64,000 nt of DNA, taken from contig JBHLNF010000003.1 in the NCBI GenBank assembly GCA_048937405.1, positions 224,001 to 288,000 on the forward strand, given 5' to 3'. Every line of letters starts with the position of its first letter. The first letter of the stretch is position 1. Shown here piece by piece: positions 9,555 through 19,587 of this stretch. The translations under genes and the position numbers were made by a program. Source of the DNA: Promethearchaeota archaeon. Lineage in GTDB: Archaea > Asgardarchaeota > Lokiarchaeia > Sigyniarchaeales > SOKP01. The notes beneath the pieces are model-generated. The model did no database searches and had not been told where the DNA came from. It saw nothing but the letters and a program-made list of their open reading frames with translations.

Positions 9555-11531
9555 TTGTCTGATAAACAGACCAATGATAATAATAGCGAAGTTCAGCAAA
9601 GAATAGGTGTGTTTGTTTGCCATTGAGGCGTCAATATCGCAGGAATTCTAGATATTCCTAAGATCGTCGAGGAAATAAATAAATTAGATAATGTTTGGGC
9701 CTATCCGTATTTATCATTATGTACTGAAGGTGGATCTAGTGAAATTAAAGAAAAACATGAAGAAGTTAAATTTAATAGGGTCTTAGTTGCAGCTTGTACC
9801 CCAAAAACTCATCAACCAGTTTTTCATGCAATATTAAAAGAGATGGGATTACCTCCAAGATATTTAGAATTCGTAAACATTCGAGAACATTGTTCATTCG
9901 TACACCAAGCTCCAGAAGTGCGTGAAAAGGCTACTCTAAAAGCCATTGAATTAATCAAAGCTGGTATCGCTAGAGCAAAATTATTGGAAGATGTACCTAC
10001 TAAAACTGTCCCAGTAGAACCAACAGCTCTAGTGGTAGGAGGAGGAATTTCAGGTTTATCTGCTGCTATTGATCTAGGTGATGCTGGGTACAAAGTCTAC
10101 TTAATTGAAAAAAATACAACCATAGGTGGTCGCATGTCTCAGCTTGACAGAACATTCCCGACAGATGATTGTTCTATATGAATTTTGGGACCAAGAATGC
10201 TTGAAGCTAATCGTCATCCAAACATTGAAATCTTATCTTTTAGTGAAGTAGATAAAATAGATGGATATATCGGAAATTTCCAAGTAAATGTCAGAAGAAA
10301 AGCTCGATTTGTTCTTGAAGATAAATGCACAGGTTGTGGTACATGTACAGATGTATGCCCCGTTTATATAAGTAATTATTTTGATGAACATCTATCAGCA
10401 AGAAAAGTTATTGATATTGCATTTGCTCAAGCTGTACCTGCAATATCACAACTCGAAAGAGACGCATGCATTGAATGTTTTGCCTGTGTTGATGCCTGTG
10501 AACAATCAGCTATAGATTTTAGCCAGCAAGATGAGATCGTTGAACTTAAAGTTGGTACGATAGTAGTAGCGACTGGTTGGGATCTTTACAAAGGAGATGA
10601 CTATGGTTATGGTACTTATGACAATATAATTAATCAAATAGAATTAGAGAGGATTCTTGCTCCAAATGGACCAACATATGGCCATTTGAAACGACCTTCT
10701 GATGGTAAACGTCCTTCAAAAGTGCTCTTCATTAATTGTGTTGGATCAAGAGATATCAATAAAAATGCTCATTGTAGTGTTATTTGTTGTAATCTCTCAC
10801 TAAAAAATTCTAAACTTATCAAATCAGAGTATCCAGATTCACAAATCGTTTGTTGTTATATAGATATGAGATGTGCTGGAAAAGATTATGAAGAATACTA
10901 TAGGAGATCTCGGGATGCAGGAATAATTTTTGTTAAAGGATTGGTTGGAAAAATTGAAGAAGATCCATTAACTAAAAACCTTATAGTACAGTTTGAGCCA
11001 GTTGGAACAGATTCTGTAGTTACTATGGAATTCCATATGGTAGTGTTGTCATCTGCTTCACTTCCATCTCAAGGTACAGTTGAAATTGCTAAAGTACTAA
11101 ATATGGAAAAAAGTCCTGATGGATTTTTAAAAGAATATCACGCTCGACTTGATCCAATTAGTACAAAAGTACCTGGAATATATATCTGTGGTTCTGCTCA
11201 AGGTCAGAAGGAAATTGATAAGGCAGTAAGTCAAGCGAGAGGAGCTGCATCTGTGGCAGGCATTCCAATGGGAAAAGGAGAATATACTATGGAATTAATT
11301 CGAGCTACTCCTTCGGATGAAAGATGCGCAAAATGTTATAAATGCATAGAAGCATGCCCATATACAGCGATTTCTGTAAATGAAGAAGGTAATATCGTTG
11401 TTAACCTAATAAACTGTCGAGGCTGTGGAACTTGTGCATCTTTATGTCCATCGAAAGCAATTGAGTTAACTTACTATAGAGATGATCAATATATGGCATT
11501 AGTAGATGAATTACTGCCTATAGAGGAATAG
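9555..11531 (+). CDS. hdrA: heterodisulfide reductase subunit A, selenoprotein with two UGA-Sec codons (658 aa)
   Basis: One continuous frame from TTG 9555 (AGGTGA upstream) joins track ORFs 9843..10181 and 10185..11531. TGA 9624-9626 lies in RIGVFVCH-U-GVNIAG and TGA 10179-10181 in TFPTDDCSI-U-ILGPRM; both are conserved Cys positions of HdrA. Confidence 0.93.
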
Positions 11532-11544
11532 AGAGGTAAAGAAA

Positions 11545-12009
11545 ATGACAAAAGAAAATGATAATGAAATCAAAATTATTGTGTTTGCTTGCTGGAAATG
11601 AGGATACGGTTCAGCTGATATGGCAGGTACTATTCGAGCCCAATATCCAGACTCGATTAGAAATGTTTTAGTACCTTGCTCAGGACGTGTAGGACCAGAT
11701 TTAATTATGAGAGCATTTGGAAGAGGTGCCGATGGTGTAGTAATTAACGCTTGATATCCTGGTGAATGCGATTATGAGACTGGTAATTATCACGCATATC
11801 GACAAGTTGAATATATTAAAGAAATACTAGAAGTAATTGGAATGAGTCCAGATAGATTAAAGATAATCTACTGTACCGCTGCTGAAGGTCAGAAATTTCA
11901 AAATGAAGCAATAGAAATTGATAAAACAATACGTAAATTAGGAATAAATCCTCTTCGTACGAAAAGCACACCTAAAAAAGAAAAAACTAAAGCTAAAGCA
12001 AAAGCTTGA
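11545..12009 (+). CDS. mvhD: MvhD/VhuD/FlpD [2Fe-2S] subunit, selenoprotein with two UGA-Sec codons (154 aa)
   Basis: Missing from the ORF track. ATG 11545 (GAGGT upstream) gives KIIVFACWK-U-GYGSADMAG...VPCSGRV...GADGVVINA-U-YPGECDYETGN...TAAEGQKF. TGA 11599-11601 and 11752-11754 fall at conserved Cys sites. Confidence 0.93.
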
Positions 12010-12017
12010 GTTATTAA

Positions 12018-12090
12018 ATGTGTTTACTGATGAGATTGAGTTAAAAAAATGAGAACTCAGTTGAGGTAATGGATGCACCATATAACACAT
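12018..12090 (+). promoter_or_regulatory. eukaryote-like SECIS element in the 3' UTR of hdrA-mvhD
   Basis: Outer helix ATGTGTT(12018-24)/AACACAT(12084-90); TACT/GGTA; ATGA core at 12030-33 opposite GA at 12063-64; helix II GATTGAGTT/AACTCAGTT; apical loop AAAAAAATGAG. Confidence 0.82.
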
Positions 12091-12194
12091 AAAAAAGTTT
12101 AATTATATTTAATAAAAATTTTAAAAATTGAATCAAAAATTTGGGAAATTTAAGAAAAAATAATTGGTTAATTAATAGTTAGAGTTGGAAATAC

Positions 12195-13334
12195 ATGGAA
12201 ACCATGGCAGAATACTTAATAAAGATTGAAGATTTTTCTAAAATCTTAACAACTTTATTAAAAGAAAAAGCAGTGGATAAAATAATAGGGGCTGAATTGA
12301 GAGTTGATAAAAAATCTGGAACTATTGATAGATTTACTGTTCAACCAAAATTAGTAGAAAAAGAGGAAGATCTAAAAGATTTTCCACTGACTCCTTTAAT
12401 CGCATTTGGATACGCAAGAACGGACTCTGCTTCTAAATTTTTGCATAAATCAGTAGCGGGTGCTATGAAAGAAAAAGTTGGACTTATAGCACGACCATGT
12501 GATACTAGAGCATTAATTGAACTCGCAAAGCTAAAACAAGTAAATCTTGATAATCTTTTTATAATTGGTATCGAAGATCGAGGTATGCTTCCAAAAGCAG
12601 GAAGAGAAATGAGAGCGATTAAAGATGTTGATCCTACTAAGATAATAAAAGAAAAAGTCGGAGATAACGGTCTAATCGTAAAATTTGAAGATGGAAAATC
12701 AAAAGAACTTAATCTTACGGTTGCGGAGAATTGTTTGAGATGTTATCGTAAAATCCCTATAATCGCAGATTTGACGGTTAGTGATCTCGGTATTCCAATT
12801 GATTCAGATGAGATTATCTTGAAAGTTTATTCTGAAAAAGGTAGTAATATTTTAGATAAATCTGGTATTAAAACAAAAAAACTTCCAGATAAAGAGAAGA
12901 AGACTCATTTAGATAAATATAATGAAATTATTGCAAAAGCTAAAGAAAAAAGAGTAAAGGATTTGGAAGAATGGAAGAACTTATCACAAAAGGAAAAGAT
13001 AACAGAATTACTTAAATGTACGATGTGTAATACTTGTATAAGAGGATGTCCAGTGTGTTACTGTGTTGATTGTATCCTTATGAAAAAGAGAAAAGATAAA
13101 AATATTGACAAAGCAACTTATCAGTTAACACGAATCGCTCATGATGCGGATAGGTGTGTAGAATGTGGAAATTGTGATAACAACTGTCCTCAAAATTTAC
13201 CGTTATCCCTCTATTTCCAGTCATTAAATGACTCTTTTAAAGAAAAATTCGGTTATGAAGCAGGAATGTCTGTTGATGATATTCCATTTCGATCTGGTAA
13301 AGCAATTTCCCAGATGGAATTAGAGAAAACTTAA
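12195..13334 (+). CDS. FdhB/FrhB-like (F420 dehydrogenase beta-type) subunit with C-terminal 2x[4Fe-4S]
   Basis: KVGLIARPCDTRALIELAKLKQVNLDNLFIIGI, ENCLRC, ADLTVSDLG, CTMCNTCIRGCPVCYC, DRCVECGNCDNNCP. Confidence 0.82.
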   Translation: METMAEYLIKIEDFSKILTTLLKEKAVDKIIGAELRVDKKSGTIDRFTVQPKLVEKEEDLKDFPLTPLIAFGYARTDSASKFLHKSVAGAMKEKVGLIARPCDTRALIELAKLKQVNLDNLFIIGIEDRGMLPKAGREMRAIKDVDPTKIIKEKVGDNGLIVKFEDGKSKELNLTVAENCLRCYRKIPIIADLTVSDLGIPIDSDEIILKVYSEKGSNILDKSGIKTKKLPDKEKKTHLDKYNEIIAKAKEKRVKDLEEWKNLSQKEKITELLKCTMCNTCIRGCPVCYCVDCILMKKRKDKNIDKATYQLTRIAHDADRCVECGNCDNNCPQNLPLSLYFQSLNDSFKEKFGYEAGMSVDDIPFRSGKAISQMELEKT

Positions 13335-13476
13335 ACTATATTTTTTTAATTCTTTATTTTATTGTTTTATTAAAATAATAAAGATCTTTTTTAGAGAATT
13401 TTCTTCTTTTTTGTAAAAAAATAGGTATAAATATTGATATTTTTTTATCGTATTTAAAAAAATTTATGTGAAATTT

Positions 13477-14361
13477 ATGTTATTACAAAATATAGATGCC
13501 GAAATGGTATTTAATCTTCTAGTAGCTCCAGTACTCGCATGTAGTTTGCTTTTTGTTGCTTATTTGATACTACGAAAAAAAGGAAGAGGGATAAATTCCG
13601 CAGAGTTTAAGGTTATCTTCATGTTTCTTACAGCAATAGCGGTAATGGTAACCATTACAATATTAGTAAATGCAGTGTTTGAATATGGTGGTCTCCCTTT
13701 AATTTTTGGTTTTATCATAGGAATCGGTTATATGTTATTTGGTTTATTTTACATCGGTAGGACGATTTATAGAGCAAATAATAAGATAAATAATTTATTA
13801 GAGAATGTAATCAAATCAAGCTCAGAAGTAGCTATCAATGTGGCTAACATTGCAGCAGAATTAGCGGCAAATGCTAGTGAGATAAATGCGTCATCCGAAG
13901 AGATCGCATCCTCTACAGCTGAAACAACAAGCCTTACAGAAGGAATTATGAGAGCTTCAAGTGAAATAAATAATGTTAATGAACTAATTACAAACATAGC
14001 TGATCAAACAAATTTATTGGCGTTAAATGCCAGTATTGAAGCAGGTAGAGCTGGTGAACATGGGAGAGGGTTTGCGGTCGTAGCAGATGAAGTTCGAAAA
14101 CTTGCAGAAGAATCAAAAAGAGCGGTGAGTAATACTGGCAGTAAGATTACAGATATAATAAAAAATATACAGCTTTCTTTTAATAATATGGAAGGAATAA
14201 GTTCGGCATCGGAACAACAAAGTGCTTCTATGGAAGAGATCACAGCAACTGCAAACAAATTAGGTATATTGGCAGAAGATTTAAAGGATACTCTGAAAGT
14301 ATCAGATGAACCGACTAAGCAAAAAAAGAAAATCACCTTAAAAGCAATAAGGAAACATTAA
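13477..14361 (+). CDS. methyl-accepting chemotaxis-like protein, copy 1 (3 TM plus short signalling hairpin)
   Basis: [38 protein letters not shown] hairpin-tip motif. ATG 13477 gives an MLLQ start like the paralogs. Confidence 0.9.
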   Translation: MLLQNIDAEMVFNLLVAPVLACSLLFVAYLILRKKGRGINSAEFKVIFMFLTAIAVMVTITILVNAVFEYGGLPLIFGFIIGIGYMLFGLFYIGRTIYRANNKINNLLENVIKSSSEVAINVANIAAELAANASEINASSEEIASSTAETTSLTEGIMRASSEINNVNELITNIADQTNLLALNASIEAGRAGEHGRGFAVVADEVRKLAEESKRAVSNTGSKITDIIKNIQLSFNNMEGISSASEQQSASMEEITATANKLGILAEDLKDTLKVSDEPTKQKKKITLKAIRKH

Positions 14362-14672
14362 AATCAGTCAGGTAAAAAATCTGCCAAGAAGTTCAAATAG
14401 AATATTTTATTTTCTATATATTTATTTTTTTTATAGGTATGAACTAAGAAAACTAATTTTTTTAGGGAATAATATTTCAATTAAAGATTTTGATGATGAT
14501 TTGACTATAGCATCCTTCACGATGTAATTTGTTTCATTACATGTTCTATCTCCTAATATTAGTTTTAGAAAAAACGTACCGGGAATCATGAGATCAGTAA
14601 TATCAGGATTCGGATATTCTTTTTCACTTTTAATTTTCTCAATTTTTCCGTTGATAAATTCCAGTGCAATTG
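13804..14672. repeat. direct repeat, copy A (copy B about 15375-16243; partial copy C about 18936-19410)
   Basis: Near-identical nucleotide sequence at offset 1571, covering the MCP 3' half, the intergenic DNA and the 3' end of the GNAT gene. Confidence 0.92.
14431..14672 (-). pseudogene. 3'-terminal fragment of the GNAT/Eis-like gene at 16002..17273
   Basis: Matches about 16002-16243 (encodes ...LFPKKISFLSSYL*); the 5' part of the gene is absent. Confidence 0.85.
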
Positions 14673-14853
14673 GTGTATAGAATGCGGAAATTGCGATAAG
14701 AATTGTCCGTAAAATTTACCATTATCTCTTTATTTCCATTCATTAAATGACTCTTTTAAAGAAAATTTCAGTTATAAAGCAGGGATGTCTATTGATGATA
14801 TTCCATTTCGATTTGGAAAACCCATCGCAAAAATGGAATTAGAGAAAACTTAA
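14672..14853 (+). pseudogene. 3'-terminal fragment of the fdhB/frhB-like gene
   Basis: 182-bp ungapped match to 13153-13334 with about 25 substitutions by hand count, including CAA>TAA at 14710-14712. Confidence 0.88.
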
Positions 14854-15035
14854 TTTTTATTCTATTAAATTACATATTCTTATTATGATTATGTGAAAAA
14901 AGTGCAAAATTTATGTTCAATAGTACAAACAATGGTAGAAATATAAAGTTATTTATACAAAAATTTTCTTCAGTTAATAAAATATATTTATTATATTAAG
15001 ATCAAAAAAGAACTACAGAAAGTGATGGTAGGTTT

Positions 15036-15932
15036 ATGTTATTACAAGAAATACTTCTTTCCCGAGACCAAGAAATAATACTGTCCGAAATAATACAAAC
15101 CATAGTTATTTTATCGTTGATGATAGTTGCTTCACTTCTAATACTAAAAAGAATAAGAAAAGGAATAAAATCTCCTGAATTTAAGGTTGCTTTTATGTTT
15201 CTTTCATCGATTATGGTAATGATAGTGATGGTAAAACTTATAGACTTTTTTGAAAAGACTGCTATAGCTCAAGCTTTTGGTTATGTCTTTGGAATTAGTT
15301 ATATGATAGGGTGCCTATACTTAATTATTAAAAGTACTATTAAAGCAAATAGTAAAGTGGATGATTTATCAGATAATGTGATCAAATCAAGCTCAGAAGT
15401 AGCTATCAATGTGGCTAACATTGCAGCAGAATTAGCGGCAAATGCTAGTGAGGTAAATGCGGCATCCGAAGAGATCGCATCCTCTACAGCTGAAACAACA
15501 AGCCTTACAGAAGGAATTATGAGAGCTTCAAGTGAAATAAATAATGTTAATGAACTAATTACAAACATAGCTGATCAAACAAATTTATTGGCGTTAAATG
15601 CCAGTATTGAAGCAGGTAGAGCTGGTGAACATGGGAGAGGGTTTGCGGTCGTAGCAGATGAAGTTCGAAAACTTGCAGAAGAATCAAAAAGAGCGGTGAG
15701 TAATACGGGCAGTAAGATTACAGATATAATAAAAAATATACAACTCTCTTTTAATAATATGGAAGGAATAAGTTCTGCTGCCGAACAGCAAAGTGCTTCT
15801 ATGGAAGAGATTACAGCAACTGCAAACAAATTAGGTACACTGGCAGAAGATTTAAAGGATACTCTGAAAGTAGCAGATGAACCGACTAAGCAAAAAAAGA
15901 AAATCACCTTAAAAGCAATAAGGAAATATTAA
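15036..15932 (+). CDS. methyl-accepting chemotaxis-like protein, copy 2
   Basis: Same signalling motif as copy 1; divergent 3-TM N-terminus. Confidence 0.9.
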   Translation: MLLQEILLSRDQEIILSEIIQTIVILSLMIVASLLILKRIRKGIKSPEFKVAFMFLSSIMVMIVMVKLIDFFEKTAIAQAFGYVFGISYMIGCLYLIIKSTIKANSKVDDLSDNVIKSSSEVAINVANIAAELAANASEVNAASEEIASSTAETTSLTEGIMRASSEINNVNELITNIADQTNLLALNASIEAGRAGEHGRGFAVVADEVRKLAEESKRAVSNTGSKITDIIKNIQLSFNNMEGISSAAEQQSASMEEITATANKLGTLAEDLKDTLKVADEPTKQKKKITLKAIRKY

Positions 15933-16001
15933 AATCAGTCAGATAAAAAATCTGCCAAGAAGTTCAAATAGAATATTTTATTTTCTATATATTTATTTTT
16001 T

Positions 16002-17273
16002 TTATAGGTATGAACTAAGAAAACTAATTTTTTTAGGGAATAATATTTCAATTAAAGATTTTGATGATGATTTGATTATAGCATCCTTCACGATGTAATT
16101 TGTTTCATTAAATGTTCTATCTCCTAATATTAGTTTTAGAAAAAATGTACCGGGAATCATGAGATCAGTAATATCAGGATTCGGATGTTCTTTTTCACTT
16201 TTAATTTTCTGGATTTTTCCATTGACAAAATCTAGTATGATTGTTTTATGATAATTGGAAAATCTCATAGTTTTGGTTAAACCTTTAAATTCAGAATGTT
16301 GTACTCTCTTTTCAATTATTTCCTTAATTAGGTTAAAAAATGCTTCTAAATTGGGGATTTTTGCCTGCCATCCATAAGTCGAAATATGTATTCCTCCTAA
16401 ATTTTTAATGAAACGATACAACGACGAGTGTTCACTTATACTTAGAGTGATGATATCATCATTAGTATAGTTTCCCATAGTTTTAATAAATTGAAGTAAA
16501 CTTATCATTTCATCTTTAGTTAAATCTGGACAAATAATTTCATAACATTGATCATCATAACTCATTCCTAAGGAAAAGTAATTACTAGCTGCGTCAGATT
16601 CTTCAAAAATATATGTAGAACGTATTTCTGAGTTAAATATGTCTTTTAAATACATAAACTTAAAACATTCTGAATCAAATTTGTTAAATATATAAAAATT
16701 CTCATAAAATTGATTATATTTTCTTTTAATAAAAGGAATATCGCTTTTTTTTGCTTTTCTAAAGTTGATGTTTTTATAGTTTTTATTTGGAATTTTTGAA
16801 ACGGGAATAGCTATTCTCTCATCGAGAGATGAAACATATTCATATCCTAATTTACGATAAAAATATGGTATCCCTTTTATAACTGAAAGAATATAGTTAT
16901 TTTGAGCCATTATATTTTCATAGAGATTGTTTAATTTTTTTATAAAACCTTTTCCTCTATATTCTTGGAGGGTTCCAACAAATTCCATTTCACATACAGG
17001 TAATGTGGTTCCTCCAATTTGCCATTCTAAAGGAGAAAGACATAATGATGAAACTATTTTGTTTTCTCTATCATCTTTAATAAACAGCCATAAAATCTCA
17101 CTTTTTCTTGGATGCTCTAAAAATATGGAAGGAATATAGGTTCTTAATATCTCATTTTGATGAACTTTCATATTGAAATTAACTATAGCTTTTAATTCTT
17201 CTTCACTATCAGTAGCAATGTGAATGCTGAAGTGATCGTCAACTTTTACACTATAACCTTTTTGAAGTTGCAT
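16002..17273 (-). CDS. GNAT/Eis-like acetyltransferase
   Basis: EMEFVGTLQEYRGKGF, GIPYFYRKLGYEY; tandem GNAT plus C-terminal SCP2-like layout. Confidence 0.75.
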   Translation of the reverse strand: MQLQKGYSVKVDDHFSIHIATDSEEELKAIVNFNMKVHQNEILRTYIPSIFLEHPRKSEILWLFIKDDRENKIVSSLCLSPLEWQIGGTTLPVCEMEFVGTLQEYRGKGFIKKLNNLYENIMAQNNYILSVIKGIPYFYRKLGYEYVSSLDERIAIPVSKIPNKNYKNINFRKAKKSDIPFIKRKYNQFYENFYIFNKFDSECFKFMYLKDIFNSEIRSTYIFEESDAASNYFSLGMSYDDQCYEIICPDLTKDEMISLLQFIKTMGNYTNDDIITLSISEHSSLYRFIKNLGGIHISTYGWQAKIPNLEAFFNLIKEIIEKRVQHSEFKGLTKTMRFSNYHKTIILDFVNGKIQKIKSEKEHPNPDITDLMIPGTFFLKLILGDRTFNETNYIVKDAIIKSSSKSLIEILFPKKISFLSSYL

Positions 17274-17361
17274 AAAATTAAAAGTATATAGCTCAATTTC
17301 AATTTTTTGAAAATATAGGATTGATTTATAGTGAAAAAGGAAAATTATCTATTATACTGGA

Positions 17362-18348
17362 TTATTTTTGGAATTCTTTTGGAATTTGAATAGAAAATTT
17401 ACAGAGTAATCCTCCTGTAAGAGCTGTTTCGATTGGTTCTACCTCTGTTGGTTGATCAAAAATTACATCCCAGTATTTCTTAGTGTATCCAGCACTACAA
17501 TAGCAGAAATCAGAGAAAAGCTCCTTATCTGTTCCATTTTTGATCGCACCTCGAATCCAAGGACAGTAACAACTATAAAAACCTTTCATTTTTTCATCTT
17601 TTGCTTGTAAATGTTTTTTTATTTGATAAGGCATTTTAGTTTCAATAATTTTATCTTCTTCTCTAATTCCTGGATTAATTGAGGGTGTATTTTTTACAAA
17701 TTCTACTACTTCATCATCGATATATTGTGCAAATTCTAGAGTTCCCTCCTGTTGATGTTTTAGTAGTTGTTCAATTAACTCTTGCTTCTTTATTTTTAAA
17801 AATTCATCGATATCATTTATTCTTAAGAAATCCTCTCTATCTTTTTTAGGATCCCCCGGTCGCCCATGCAAGCATGGTTTTAATAATTCTATAGTCTTTT
17901 TTTTGCCAATTTTTTCTTTCAATCTTTCTAAAACTATTTTAGTAAATTCTGGCTTTTTTTCAGGATGAGTTCCTAACGGAGGAATTTTAAGATCTTTAAA
18001 TACTTCATTTTTTATTTGTTCACCGTGTTCTTTAGCAACCCTTTGATAAAGATTATCCATGGCGTTATAAGATTCTGAAATATCGATAATTTCAGTTATA
18101 TAGTCATATTTTTTCGTAAAAGTAGCATAATTGATTAAAGACCTTAAAAAATCTAATATGATTTCACTCTTACGTTCTACTAAAAAATCAGCATATTTAA
18201 TAATTTCTCCCATAGGAAATGAATCAAGATCATTCTTATTATTTTTTAGGTAATCATTAAATTCATTTAATCTTTTAATGTAAATATCTGCTTGTTCCTG
18301 AGGAATATTTTTTGTTGATAGATATTCCAAAAATGCTTTTTCTTTCAA
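17362..18348 (-). CDS. hypothetical Cys-motif protein (DUF6144/V4R-like C-terminus)
   Basis: SCYCPW...FCYCSAGYTKKYW...LCKFSI pattern; 328-aa ORF. Confidence 0.55.
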   Translation of the reverse strand: MKEKAFLEYLSTKNIPQEQADIYIKRLNEFNDYLKNNKNDLDSFPMGEIIKYADFLVERKSEIILDFLRSLINYATFTKKYDYITEIIDISESYNAMDNLYQRVAKEHGEQIKNEVFKDLKIPPLGTHPEKKPEFTKIVLERLKEKIGKKKTIELLKPCLHGRPGDPKKDREDFLRINDIDEFLKIKKQELIEQLLKHQQEGTLEFAQYIDDEVVEFVKNTPSINPGIREEDKIIETKMPYQIKKHLQAKDEKMKGFYSCYCPWIRGAIKNGTDKELFSDFCYCSAGYTKKYWDVIFDQPTEVEPIETALTGGLLCKFSIQIPKEFQK

Positions 18349-18608
18349 AACTGATCCCCATTTAATTTATATTCTCTTATATGTAATTCAAGATCTAAAA
18401 TTACTAAAATATATATGTATATTTATACATTTATTTAGCCTTGAACTATATTTAATTTAACATAAATATATAAATACATTTTTATTTGTATCATTTAGAA
18501 AATTTAGTACCATAACCTTTTTGATTTCAAGGACTTTCAAAATATAATTTTGAAAATTGATATATAATTAAAAATAAATCAATTAAAAAAAAATTTAAGA
18601 TGATTTTT

Positions 18609-19505
18609 ATGTTTCTACAGGGATTTAGTGTTGAAGAAATTTCTTATCTTTTGTTTCCTGCGATAATTTTTTTTGTTTTGACGATTGGTTTTTATTTCTT
18701 CATCAAAAGAAGGGGAAAGGGGATAAAATCTAAAGAATTCAAAATTATCATCATGTTCTTTAGTTCGGTTATGATTATGGTCTATATGACAGTAATTGGA
18801 TTATTATGGTTTGCTGATAATGTGACAGTTCAATTAGTTGTCCAAATTATTGGAATTGGTTCTATAACAGCAGTTGCATTTATTATTATTAGAATTATTT
18901 ACAACACGGATACTAAATTGGACAATTTAGTGAATAATGTAATCAAATCAAGCTCAGAAGTAGCCATCAATGTAGCAAATATTGCAGCAGAATTAGCAGC
19001 AAATGCTAGTGAGGTAAATGCGGCATCCGAAGAGATTGCATCCTCTACAGCTGAAACAACAAGCCTTACAGAAGGAATTATGAGAGCTTCAAGTGAAATA
19101 AATAATGTTAATGAACTAATTACAAACATAGCTGATCAAACAAATTTATTGGCGTTAAATGCCAGTATTGAAGCAGGTAGAGCTGGTGAACATGGGAGAG
19201 GGTTTGCGGTCGTAGCAGATGAAGTTCGAAAACTTGCAGAAGAATCAAAAAGAGCGGTGAGTAATACGGGCAGTAAGATTACAGATATAATAAAAAATAT
19301 ACAACTCTCTTTTAATAATATGGAAGGAATTAGTTCTGCTGCCGAACAGCAAAGTGCTTCTATGGAAGAGATTACTGCAACTGCAAACAAATTAGGTACA
19401 CTGGCAGAAGGTTTGAAGGATTCTTTGAAAGCAGCAGAAGAATCACCAAAAAAAAAAAAGGCGACAAATATATTATCAAAAATTAAATCATCTAAAGAAT
19501 ATTAA
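18609..19505 (+). CDS. methyl-accepting chemotaxis-like protein, copy 3
   Basis: Same signalling motif; MFLQ start at ATG 18609 (ATG 18600 also possible). Confidence 0.9.
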   Translation: MFLQGFSVEEISYLLFPAIIFFVLTIGFYFFIKRRGKGIKSKEFKIIIMFFSSVMIMVYMTVIGLLWFADNVTVQLVVQIIGIGSITAVAFIIIRIIYNTDTKLDNLVNNVIKSSSEVAINVANIAAELAANASEVNAASEEIASSTAETTSLTEGIMRASSEINNVNELITNIADQTNLLALNASIEAGRAGEHGRGFAVVADEVRKLAEESKRAVSNTGSKITDIIKNIQLSFNNMEGISSAAEQQSASMEEITATANKLGTLAEGLKDSLKAAEESPKKKKATNILSKIKSSKEY

Positions 19506-19587
19506 ATAAAAATAAAGAGAAATAAAAAATCAGAATTAATTCATAAAGGATGAGCGAAAAATAATAAAAGAAATCTTTATCCTTTTA

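Noticed and set aside
9843-11531. Track ORFs 9843..10181 and 10185..11531 as separate genes
   Set aside because: They are in the same frame and are consecutive parts of one HdrA
9555-12009. hdrA and mvhD as pseudogenes, or a genome-wide UGA reassignment
   Set aside because: All four internal stops are TGA at conserved Cys sites with no frameshifts, and a SECIS-like hairpin follows. Other genes (for example 38454..39542) end normally in TGA, and Trp is encoded by TGG.
13804-19410. MCP repeats as a diversity-generating retroelement TR/VR pair or an IS-mediated duplication
   Set aside because: Differences are not adenine-specific, and no reverse transcriptase, transposase or terminal inverted repeats were seen in the window
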